Positions 1 to 11,145 of a stretch of DNA of 41,929 nucleotides are shown here, one piece after another. Where the stretch lies: positions 33,636 to 75,564 of the forward strand of contig NMRA01000614.1 in the NCBI GenBank assembly GCA_002633005.1. The letters are read 5' to 3'. This stretch comes from Phoronis australis. Lineage: Eukaryota > Animalia > Phoronida. Position 1 is the first letter of the stretch; the number at the start of each line of letters is the position of its first letter. A model generated the notes under the pieces. The model saw only the letters and a list, made by a program, of their open reading frames with translations. It searched no databases and was not told where the DNA came from. The position numbers and the translations under genes are program-made.

Positions 1-1199
1 GCACACATTTAAATCTTGTTTCATCCATATAATTTTAATTACCGGGGTTAATTAATAAACACAAAATTTCCATACGCTCTTGCTGTTTTATTTTCGGGGC
101 AGTCAAGGGGGAGGGGGGCGCGGGCCCCCTGGCCCACCCCTAAATCCGCCTATGAGGCGTTATACAGGTAAAGCTTAGCGGCAGCTGGGATAATCGCCGC
201 CCGGAGAAGAAGACAGCGGTGCGACCTCTCACCCTGGTCATCACCAATTTTGCGTTACCTCTACCTTCCCCTGATGGTCACTATTGCAGCCCCCCTTCTT
301 CACCGCGAAACTGGTGGCAAAACTTTAATATGGAAGGGTGACACCCCTGACTGATTTAGGATGATGCGAGGGGATAAGCAAACTTCGCGATAGCAATAAA
401 AACTGTATTTTTCACGGTTTTGTGGTCGTGCTCGGATGAACTAAATTATGCAATTCAATAAGGGACGAAATTGGCGTAGATCAGCAGCCGATTTTGGTAG
501 TGACACGGGGATCAGTTGGTAGAGAACGAGGACCAGTTGACTTGTTAAACATATCTGCCTCGCAATAACCTCTTAAATCTTGCTACAGGAATGCCCGTGT
601 GACCACTTGAGGGCGCCTATGGGTGGATTTATGCCTCCCACGTGGACACGGTCATGTAAAAAAGCCCCGCCGGTATGCTGTTTTAGGGGTTATGCGAATA
701 GTTCTCTTCGAAATTCCTGATTACAGCCTTGCAAAACCCAGAGATAGCAACGCACCCTCGAAAAATTTACTACGGCTATAAGATTTTTACAAAACCCCGT
801 CTTTTTCTGGAAGAATCTATAAAATTTCAGAATCACCGGTAAAATCTTAATCCAGCATTTTCTTCCCATCGTCTACGCGCCGTAGACGATACCTCAGCTA
901 AGCCCTCAAGTACTGATATTTCAACTACGTCAAGTGCCCACCGTAGACTGATGGGCAAAACACCCTCCCGAGGGGATACCTGAGGACAAAATGCTCTCCA
1001 GAGACGATGCCTGTGAACGCAAAATATACGCCCGATGTTTACTACTCGTTTCCAATAATCTACAAACAGATAAAAACAGAGTCTGTTCATTCCAGACAAG
1101 CTAGAGACGAGACATGTACTTAAAAATACAATAGTCACGATTACTATGGATTCACCTACATCAATATGAAACACCATTACATTGAACAAGCAAGTCCTA

Positions 1200-2110
1200 G
1201 CTGGCAACCATCGCAAATCTCTCACATTGTCTAGTGCCATCAAGGAGGAAAACCCTTGCTCTCGATCAATAGAAGAATGGTTAGCATTCATTCGATTAAA
1301 CAAATCTGACGAAAGGTCAAGGTAAGCTGGCCATTGTATTGAAACCTGAACTTCGCTTTTGACAGCCCCACACTGGCACAGGTTACAGGTTCTATCCTCA
1401 TGTCTCAAACTGCACCTGTACCTACATGTAGCTCAAACCCAATGGAGTTAGTACCTGACCTGAAATCTGCCAGAACCCTTCACTCCCTTCGACTTAAGTT
1501 ACTATGGTTTAAGTGGTTCAGATCCTAGAGTGGCATTTCTATGCAGAGTTAAGTTTGTTTTCCGACGCCGGTCTATAACCCTGCTTAATTCTAATATCCC
1601 CAGTCACTGCTTACTGGGGTTTCTATATTTAATAAACTGATCACATGGCACTCCTTTACATAACGTAGAATTGTCGTGAGGACTTGACAGGGACCTCAGG
1701 GGTCTCACACTCCACTGATTTATCCACAGTATTTTGAAAAAGCTTTGCCCAATCACACATTGTGTGTCATAGAAGAGATAAGCATACCTGCAGCTGACGC
1801 AGCAAGTAGAACTACTCTCGTTAATCACATTGGTGTAGCCAGTTGAACTGTGGTTTTCTGTTGACCCCAGACCGTCCGGAGTTGCACCATATACCAACTC
1901 CGGACTGTCTCTCACGACGATTTAGCGTTATGAAATATCCACCACAATCTGTATAACATCAGTTTAAAAAATTCAATGACACTTCATAGTGCCACTCGAA
2001 GAATATCCTTGGCAATATGAGAACCTAGGCATGTTACTGCATGCACCAAAACTGAATCACGCTAAACCACCGCTTGTGACCGTGAGTTTTCCAACACATG
2101 TCCCCCAACG
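1200..2110 (-). mobile_element. Degenerate non-LTR retrotransposon (LINE) ORF2 C-terminal remnant
   Basis: Minus-strand fragments broken by stops and frameshifts: GDMCWKTHGHKRWFSVIQFW...PRIFFEW, RVLADFRSGTNS, RHEDRTCNLCQCGAVKSEVQVSIQWPAYLDLSSDLF. These resemble the post-RT region and terminal zinc-binding motif of invertebrate LINEs. Boundaries approximate. Confidence 0.65.
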
Positions 2111-3422
2111 ACTTGTATAATTCCACAAAAATAGGTAATGAATAACAGTAATTGATTACATGATGGACCGTCTCCAAGAACGGGCCCGTTCACATGAGGG
2201 ATTGCACAACTAAAAAAAATTGTCAAGAGTAGCAGTTGCTGCCCACTTCAAAAAGGTTAACCCCTTTATATGGAAGAATTGACTATAATTACAAAAAACA
2301 GGAGATTGACTATTGATTCCATAATCAGGTCTTTCTTTCAAAAGAGTATCAAAGAGCATAACAAAAACTGGAAAGAACATGAGTTTATGTAGTGGTAGGG
2401 AGTGGCGTGAATATGGAAGGATGTGCCATTTCAGAAAACAGAATCAAAGCAGCATTTGATGCTTTCATCGCAGCCCCCTCCAGGGAATGGAGGTACAGCA
2501 CGGCTTAATAGATTCATGAACTAAAAGAATGCAAAAACTGACAGCTTTGAATTCGTTAGAAATGTTGTTTTGAATTTGAAACTGAAACTCTGAAAAGATT
2601 GCACTAGGAAGTTTCGAATGGCAAATATCAGGGTTTCCGGAAGTAAGCTTGGACAAAACATGCTGCAGCTTTTAAGAACAAATGAAAAAGTGCCACAGGT
2701 GTGGCAAAGACAAAATCTCGCACTCAGAAGGATGACTGGTTTCCGCACCTGCATCTTTTTTTGCACGGGCTATTATCTTCAGGGATCTACGCCATCTTGA
2801 GGCTTAGGGACGAGGCTGGCCTCTGCGTAGGAATGCTTCGCGTCTGTTGCAGTGCCGCCGTGTGACTCTGAAGATTTGGTCCCGACATATTCCTGATGTT
2901 ACCACAGAATCAATTACAGTGTTTAACTTCTACTGTGTTCTTACCACCGTCCGCCATGACAGTCTCGAAAACAGAAATAGTTGTTGTATGGCCACAGTCT
3001 TGTCAACTTACATGTACATGTATGGAGGGTGTACTCCATGTATTGTTTACGATCTTAGCACATTCTTCAGCGGCGTACGGCGGATTACCGGAAAGACGTG
3101 AACCGGCAAAGTATGAAGGGGACTTATGTCGTCTAGAGACTCTAATAAACTCTGATTGGCTATTGTCATATTCTTCGTGACAGTTATTACTATTGCTCCT
3201 CACACGTACACTGTAGGCCTAATGGTCTAGTAAGTCATTGGTCAGCCATGCCTGGACTTTTACTAAGTTGTCCTGCGCCTAGATATATGGTCACCGAGAG
3301 TTGAGCTCGAGAGTCGTAGATTTCATTAAGCAAATTTGTTGTTTTTGTAGTTGTCTCAATTACCAATGTGTTTTCATTTTCCAACCATTGGCCGGTCTAG
3401 CACACATTGTCCGTCTTTCCAG

Positions 3423-3590
3423 ATAACGGCCTGCGTACCGTTTCGGGTACGGGTGACATGTCAACGTGTGTTTTTCCTTTCGTCTACAATGGACAGTCAT
3501 ACTCCACTTGCACAGATGTCAGTTACAATCGTCTGTGGTGTGCAACAACGTCCAACTACGACAAAGACGGAAAATGGGGAATTTGTCCAG
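3423..3590 (+). CDS. Gene 1 exon: fibronectin type II domain (phase 1-1)
   Basis: [56 protein letters not shown] matches the FN2 pattern C-x-FPF-x-Y-x-G...C...WC-x-TT-x-NYD-x-D-x-KWG-x-C. Acceptor tttccAG, donor GTagca. Confidence 0.92.
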
Positions 3591-6500
3591 GTAGCAATTT
3601 CCTCCGACGCTACCGTAGGGAGCGAGGAAGAGAGGCGAGGGGGACCAATGTGTGAATCTGTAAATATTGGTCGGTAATACAGAGGAAATGGAAATTATCA
3701 ATTTGAATTTCAATCACTTGCTCAGAAAAAATAACGCAGTGCCTCAAAGTGCCCAGGCAAACCAACAGTTGCAGGCTGGGTAAATTCATAAATAATTCAA
3801 AAAACTATTGAGTGTAACTTAAAGATCCTCTAGCTTAAAAAATAAGTGTTCATCAATGTTTGGTGACGTCGGAGATCAAGTATGTTGTTAAAGGATTCAA
3901 ACATAGCTGATTACTAAAAATGTCCAACATTATGAAATTTCATCTTCTCTTTACCCGCGTTATCCCGCAATTTTATTTCTCAATTGAGTTTTTGACGATT
4001 GCCATTAAAAACCCCATTTCGTTTCTGATTGCAGGTACTTGTCCCGGTCTATCTAGATTCAACATTAGGCAGTATGTTTGGAAGAAGGAAAAGAGCACCG
4101 ATAACGGAGAAATTCGTGTGAGTCATTTCTGTTCAACAAGGTCCCAGATGTGCAGCAAAGAATTGTCTTTGTGTACATGTACACTTTACACCGGCTGTAA
4201 AGTGTATAGGTGGAGCTGAAGCTATGTAGACCTAGAACTAAGGCTTCACAAGACAGTAAATCCTGTTTCGGTGATTTTACAATAATTTAGATTTGCCACC
4301 GCCATGATGGATCTCTGCTATTGCATAACGGAAGGCACTTCTGTGTTTTATTGATATTTTAACAAAAGTTGTTCGAAAAAACGACAACAAGATTTGCCCA
4401 CTTTCACTTCTTTACCTTTTTCATGTATCCGTGGATAATCAGAATGTTCCAATCTTCCAGTCGTTCGATTACTACAAGCGCAGCGGCGACACGGCAATTC
4501 ACGTGACCTATCAGGCGAGTTTTTATGCTGGAAGTTTTGGCTCCGTTCGATATTCTATCAAGTTTAACTCGAATGACTGCACATCTCCGGGAGAAATAAA
4601 CGTTGTGGTGGGACACCAGAGTGAAAGTTTCACCCATGCCATTCACGACGGCTTAAATCTGGGTAATCAACTGCTGACTACTCTAATCTTCAAATAGACA
4701 AACAGCTAAGTATGTAAATCTGTCTGTCTTTTCTTAAGGTACACGTACTAATAAAAATGCGTAACAACTGCATGTGTTAACTATTACAGAGGCCCTTGGC
4801 AATCAAAATACTCTGATTTAAACCCCTTTTCGTTATAAAGTTGATCTCAATTTGTTCCTTACTCTGTTAAGGAATAGAATGCAAAACTGGCAGTTTGTTA
4901 GTGGCAAGACCCATCTTGGCACAATTAGACGCCTCGCCGTGGCAAGACATTTTTGACCATGATCTCAAGCAATATCTAAGATCTTCGCATTAGTCCAGGA
5001 ATCGTCTCCGATCATAGTATGGGACAATTTCGGAACATGTGCCAAGTGCTGAGTGTTTACCCTTGAAAAGCATTGCTGTAGCTCATTATTTGTCAGTGAT
5101 GTTGAACCTTTGGTAAACCAGCATATCCAATCATGAAATGGTGCAAATGGCATGAGATTGTTCTTAATATGTAACCATGCAGGTTTGTGTCAGACCCATT
5201 TTCCGAATGGACAGTCCTCTGATCAGAACACGTTAGCCAATGCGTTTTCTTTGCAGTTTCTGGAATGTGCGACAACATTGGTGCTGGTCACGTTGTCATC
5301 AGTATTCACATTGAAACAGCGTCGGGCCAAAACGTGGACGGCTATACCGGTTGGAACTCCAACTGCCGTTTAATTGTTGAGGAAATACGTTATGATCAGG
5401 ATATCAGCGCAGGTTAGGAGTTTATGATGGTCATACTGAAAAGTTCCATTTACACAGTCTCGGAGATTTTACGGTTATGTAAGACTTCAGCGCCCGGCTG
5501 CATGAAACAGTCCCAAATAATGGATTCAACTAAGTTCTCTAACTCTTTTGCATATTTATGTCGTTTTTTAGTCGTATGTGCAATCTTTTTATATCATTTC
5601 ACCTAATGCCATTTTCTAATAACTGAATATTGAGCCCTGAGTTCACTGAAAACTAATAGCGGCCCATTCCTTACATTTAATTTTCGATAATATTGAGAAT
5701 TCAATGTTTAGTTCACCCTCAATTTGTATCAAACTCAAAAGACTTCTTATTAATGAAATTAAAACAGCATAATATAGGAAACTCCGTGCTTTCACAAGTC
5801 CACAAATACGCAGGAGATTCAGGGAACTTACTTCTAGTTGAGTCCCAAGCAGGAACTGTTTCAGGCAACCCGGCACAGAACATCGTGACACAGAAATGAC
5901 TGATCGGATTGAAATGAAATTTTCAAATAATTATTATGCTTTGTACAGTGTTCTCCACTAAGCTATTAGTAATTGTTATGTGATTCTCTTTTACAAAATT
6001 GGCTAAGAATATGTTTTTTAATGAACAAATTCAAGAGCATCCTAAAGCGAGAACGAAATGATAGTTTAAATAACTGAAACACTGTTTTGGTGTCTAATCT
6101 TGACTCTTCCCATCAAATGAAATTTAATTATGATATTAATGCCGTTGTTTTGCTTGATATTACTAAAAAGAAATGGTCACGTGACTCAAGCAATTGAAAA
6201 ATGACATATGGACAACAATCAAGTTGTATAGGCTTTTTAGTTTCAGAAAATGTGTACTTTAAGTGAGCCAGGTGATGTAATTTTGATGACATTTGACTGA
6301 ATTCACAGACTTGTCGATAAGGTCCAAAACGTTAGCGATGGAACTTCTGCGTCAACATGCACATGTGTACGTTTACATTAGCATGAGACACCGGCCGTAC
6401 TTCCCCGAGCAGTCTGGAGTATAGTTTGGTGGTTTAGCGGTCAACTGCACTGCTACTACAAAATGTATCCCGTTTTAAACTACTATACTTAAAAAAGAAA

Positions 6501-9500
6501 ACATCTACACGTATGTTATGTTTTGTGCTTGAAATTGTTGGTTCAAAACGAACGTCAGAATTATGAATCAGAAGCTTCCAACACCAAATCTTGTACTTAC
6601 CTGTTCTTGGTAGTACTTCTCTCTAAGACATTTTGCGTGCTGCAACATTGATTGTTATCATTTTTATCATCGACATGCTACTCGTGGCAAACGCGGTTTG
6701 ACTTGTAAAATCCAGACGTCGCACAGGATCTGGCTTGACCAACAAAAACGAAGTACAGCTTTTTACATGAAGTAATTTACCCTCAGGCGCCAAAGACTGA
6801 TGCCAAACATGAACACTTACATTGAAGTACCGTATTTGCCTTCATACGATGTTTGTTAAGCACACGGAGCCAGCATCTAGAAATGTGTAATGGGACGGAT
6901 ACAAAATATAGATTGTCGGTTTGTCTGTTAAACATCTCCATTTTTATGAATAAAGAAATTTGGCAGGAGCATGCCTGATTAGAGGTTGGCGGGAAATGTA
7001 GGTTCACATTCTCTGTGTTGATTTCCTTGGACATAAGACACTTGCGAGAAAATGTACTGTGATCACGTGCTTATCTTATAATGCATGGCAAGTTCACGCA
7101 GACTTGCGTGATCTTGCAGTTTGGCGAGTTTCCTGCGTCTGTAGAACTCAGCCCTGATTTCATTCCGCTAGGAATGAACCTCACTTACCACTACCTACTG
7201 CACGTTCGACGTTTCTAATACCACTAATTTGATCACAACATGTGTTCAGTCAACTTTGATGTCGACTTATTTTTCTCCCCGCTTAAAATCTGATATAACT
7301 GCCAATATGACAAAGCAATCCATAAATAGATATTGATTTTTCTCACTTTTGCCACCGCGATTGATTTGTTAATTGGCGGATAAGTTTTTTACTTTCTTAC
7401 TTCCTCATCATACATCGTTTATCCAAAACTCCATAATAGTAGTTGTCTGAAAAAAAACAAATAATCCAACACTACGTGGTTTATTCCAAAATTTATTCCT
7501 AGCTTTCAATGGAGCATTTTGATGATCGAATACTGCATGAATTACTGAGGTCTGTTTCATGGAGAATGATTTTAATAACTACGGAGATTTTGTCTTGCGC
7601 TCCACATAAGTATTTCAGAAAAGTGATTAAACCGTCACTGTGCAAAACCCCTAAGTCTCTGAGAACATAGACGTAACTGTGCTAGTTACTGAACTAATTT
7701 CTATGAATTATTTTTAGACTACGATGCGTCTATGATTACTTTGCTAAACCTGTTCCAGCAGTCTCGAAATACCGTACACATAACCAAACGAAGCGACAAA
7801 TTTAAAACATGGAGTTTCAGGTGTCTTGTTTTGGAATGTCGTCGACATACATGATGCAACGAGTCATCTATTCGTGTGTGTTCCCAACAATCTCTCGAAT
7901 GAAGCCTTTGTGATCACATACTTTGCTTGCAATACGACGTTTTGCGTGCTCTGCACTTTTTGCGTGCTCTGCACTTTTTGCAAGGTTTTTGTGGTTATGG
8001 AACGTACGCCTCATGTCCGTTTGACAGACTTTGAACGTATTTTTCAGTAATTACGACAGATAGCGCCGCACATCGATTGCCAGAACATAACATCCACCAA
8101 TTTTGGCCGCAAACAATGAATCGTAACACCCAAGCAGGTCCTATCAGCGGCATGGTAAGGGTCACATGTATAGTACTTGATATCTACCTCCTACAGTGGT
8201 CTTATTTTTATATGTTCTATACCGTCTACTCCACGTTTTTTATTGTATGTATGTATTCATGCATGTATTACAATATATGTTTGTTTGTTCATGATTGCAT
8301 GCTTGCTTACACGTTTATACAACTGTGCGTATATGAATTGCCTGCTGCCAGTAGAGACACTATTAATTAAGTTATGTTTCGTGTAAACGGAACATTGTTT
8401 TCAACCGAACCTATTGCGAAGGCACTGCCCTGCAAAATGGTTAGAAATACAATTGTGGTGTTACAGTGTATATTAGAAATAGTTTGAGAATGTAACGATG
8501 AGTAATCATGCCATTGATCAGTTAATAACTATTAAGATATGAGAAACTCTACTCAGTCTCACATCTTGTCCCTGTTTGACAGCCCTTATGCAAACATATT
8601 CACGACGGCAAAAGGGATTGTGTAAAACATTGAGAGTTATACAACCTAAAGTGAAGAATTATTTGGATTTCGAGTACGAAGATTACACCCAGAGCCTAAC
8701 AAGTCTCCCGTTTGTGATTTCAGGATGGCGTATATGTAAAGCAATCATCGCAGAGTTACCTCAGGGTCTACTACCAAGGTGACGCTCGGGAAATGTCGTT
8801 ATGCTCGCGATGGTACTTGACGCTAAACAGTAATGAGTGTTCCGATCCTGGACCCATTGAAGGTCGTGTCTATCAAAACAATCTCCACGACTCCAACAAA
8901 GATAATCGTCACCATCCTTTCATAAGTAAGTGAACCTGAAACGAACATCGTGAAGGGCAAGTCAATGTCCGGTTCTCCTATAAACACATTTCAGCTTATT
9001 GTAGTTCAATTATTGTTGTTCACTGTGCGGGCAGCAAGTCATTTGACGCAGTTGGCCTGGTATGGATGAGGTTCCGGAATGGCCCCCACTAAGTACAAAA
9101 TGATACGGGTAACACGTTGTTGGGTCGATTTTGTCACTTCACTCAGTGGTGCGTGCGCAGTATGATCACTGAAAAGTAGCTACAGTGCACATTAACATGG
9201 CTCCGACAGCCTCACGCTACACACATTTCAGTTTTAGGTTGTTTACTCGCCTCACTTAGGGATGTTCTACACCGTGTATGTGACATACGCCCCGTGGCTT
9301 TGTTGCAAGGGAACTATATCAGAGATACCTTGACCCCTGTTTTACCTGTGAAGTCCTAGTGTACTTGTAAAGAATTGCGACTTAATCATTCCGTCAACTC
9401 TTTCATGGCATAGTCTGTTATTCGGGGGTACATGTAAATGTTTCATTTCGAGTATAGCGTGATACATCATTTCAAATTCCTGGGTAGATTTTTGTACACT

Positions 9501-11122
9501 CAAGAATCTAGCTAAGGACCTAGGGTGACCACGTGTTTCGCTTTTGCAATACATTGCGATATCTCGCGAAGTCTTGCGAGTCTCGCAAGAAGTAGGTCTA
9601 CGGATATTGGGTGGCGAATTCCTCGTGAAAGTTGGTTTCTTTCTTGCTGGTATAACAAAGTTTCAAAACATCACACAGACAGGAGCAATCGCCTTGTAAA
9701 ACACCTCCATTGATTCATGCAGTGAGAATGCACTGGCGAGATTATCTGTGTCTGCACATTGCCAACGTTGTTACTTAGGCCTATTCGATGTAGACATTGT
9801 CATAGTTTAAGGTACGTAACCCCGAACGATACGTGAGAACATACAGTTGTGTGTCTACGGGAACGCTAACTGAAGCTGGGATTTGTTTTTGGGATTACCA
9901 GGGGCACGGGTTTTCGTGACGACAACGTCAGGCATATTCTAATGTAGCGTGACGTGTAAAATCTGCTCGTTCAAATGTTAAAAATAGTCCTGTTTGTGAC
10001 GGAGTAATCAATGAATTTTAAGAGGAGGCAGCGTGGCCTTGTGAAATAGGTGTTCTCTTCCTATATTTGAGGTTGTGGTTCGAGTCCCACTGGGACACAC
10101 TGATAGACCTTGAGTCACGTCTGTAGTTGCTCAGCTCGCTTTTAATTGCATATTTTGAAGTAAAGCCGATGGTTTCAGGTGATATGTGCAGTGGGCGCAT
10201 CAAAGAACAGGTCTGGTACGAGGTATACAAGGGCACCTCCAATTATTATTCAGTCAATGAATTTCGCTCAGCCCACTGTATAATTGTGTTAAGTCAGTCT
10301 TGAGAACGGATTGCATAAAAACCTTGACTAAACCCCCGTGATTTTTGAAGATGACGGTGGGGATGGCAATCTTCGTTTCCAAACCCTACACTGTTGGAAT
10401 CAGGCTAGTATCAGTGTCGACCATTGGCTGTATGGGGTATTCTAATCAAGAATTGCTTTCTATTCACGATCTAACGTTTCAACTATGCTTCACGTCGTCA
10501 TTCTTGGGGGTGTTTAAACAGTCCTTGTCAGCACTATATGCCTAAAAGCTTTGTCGATAACGATGTATGTATTCGCATAAACCCCAGTGCACTCCGATAA
10601 ATTATTTACGATGAGCATAGTACTTCAGAAAACGTCACAAAATAAGTTAGAGTTCGAGTACGAGTGTTGCAGATATTAGATTTCGGACCGTTGCGTCCTC
10701 CCGTAGATGATTGTTGTTTTGGTGTAGTTTGTTTGCTCCCTGAAGCTCATGTAACGCCGTCTCAGAACACGCTAATTTCATCTCCTGTTTTTCTGAATCA
10801 TATGACTCGATTCAACGATTTTTTCGAGCAATGTTTTAACAGTCACTCTGTTTTTATAGAATAAATCTGAATTCTCTACTTTTTACTTGCTTACTTGTTT
10901 TGTTGGGATAAGTAGTTTAGATAGCTAGTGCAAATTAACAATACGTTTACCTTCTTGTGTTTTTCAGTTGACGGATTTTGTAAGCTACCTGCCGGCTCTT
11001 ACACCATACGTCTAAATGTTCAGAATTGTGGAAGCGTTATCAACGCCCCTTATACCTGCTGGAACTCAGCATGTCGCTTGGTCGCGCAGGAGGTGTACCC
11101 AGTAGATCTAGTTTCTGTGTAA
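3423..11122 (+). CDS. Gene 1 (5'-partial, 7 coding exons): FN2 domain + two tandem CTHRC1 C-terminal-like domains; probably secreted
   Basis: Exons 3423-3590, 4035-4117, 4461-4662, 5257-5412, 8048-8154, 8724-8925 and 10968-11122 have AG/GT boundaries with compatible phases. They splice into one open frame of ~357 aa ending at TAA 11120-11122. Four exons are paralogous to gene 2 exons. Confidence 0.88.
4035..4117 (+). CDS. Gene 1 exon: first third of CTHRC1-C-like domain 2
   Basis: [28 protein letters not shown], compare CTHRC1 NYKQCSW...DLGKI. ttgcAG/GTgagt; 83 nt, same length as paralog 30113-30195. Confidence 0.88.
4461..4662 (+). CDS. Gene 1 exon: middle of CTHRC1-C-like domain 2
   Basis: [67 protein letters not shown]. 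ttccAG/GTaatc; 202 nt, same as paralog 30425-30626. Confidence 0.9.
5257..5412 (+). CDS. Gene 1 exon: end of CTHRC1-C-like domain 2
   Basis: [52 protein letters not shown], compare CTHRC1 VEGLCEGIGAG...DASTGWNSVSRIIIEE. ttgcAG/GTtagg. Confidence 0.9.
8048..8154 (+). CDS. Gene 1 exon: linker and first third of CTHRC1-C-like domain 3
   Basis: [36 protein letters not shown]. ttttcAG/GTaagg; 107 nt, same as paralog 36187-36293. Confidence 0.87.
8724..8925 (+). CDS. Gene 1 exon: middle of CTHRC1-C-like domain 3
   Basis: [67 protein letters not shown], compare CTHRC1 SALRVLFSG...[21 protein letters not shown]. tttcAG/GTaagt; this frame is absent from the ORF track. Confidence 0.9.
10022..10250 (+). 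mobile_element. tRNA-derived SINE, family A copy 1
   Basis: A-box-like gtggccttgtg, B-box GGTTCGAGTCC (10077-10087), att-repeat tail; similar along its length to 28583-28830. Confidence 0.7.
10968..11122 (+). CDS. Gene 1 terminal exon: end of CTHRC1-C-like domain 3 and stop
   Basis: [51 protein letters not shown]. Polypyrimidine tract and ttttcAG acceptor; no transmembrane segment. Confidence 0.9.
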
Positions 11123-11139
11123 CCAAAAAGATTAAGTAC

Positions 11140-11145
11140 ATTAAA
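11140..11145 (+). promoter_or_regulatory. Candidate polyadenylation signal (ATTAAA) of gene 1
   Basis: ATTAAA starting 18 nt after the stop codon; common by chance in AT-rich DNA. Confidence 0.3.

Noticed and set aside
833-1408. 191-aa ORF as a host gene
   Set aside because: Only its N-terminal part resembles a LINE ORF2 tail, and upstream homology is broken by stops and frameshifts.
2230-2760. Possible LTR-retrotransposon gag remnant (KKCHRCGKDKISH)
   Set aside because: One partial zinc-knuckle-like motif amid many stops; not enough without a search.
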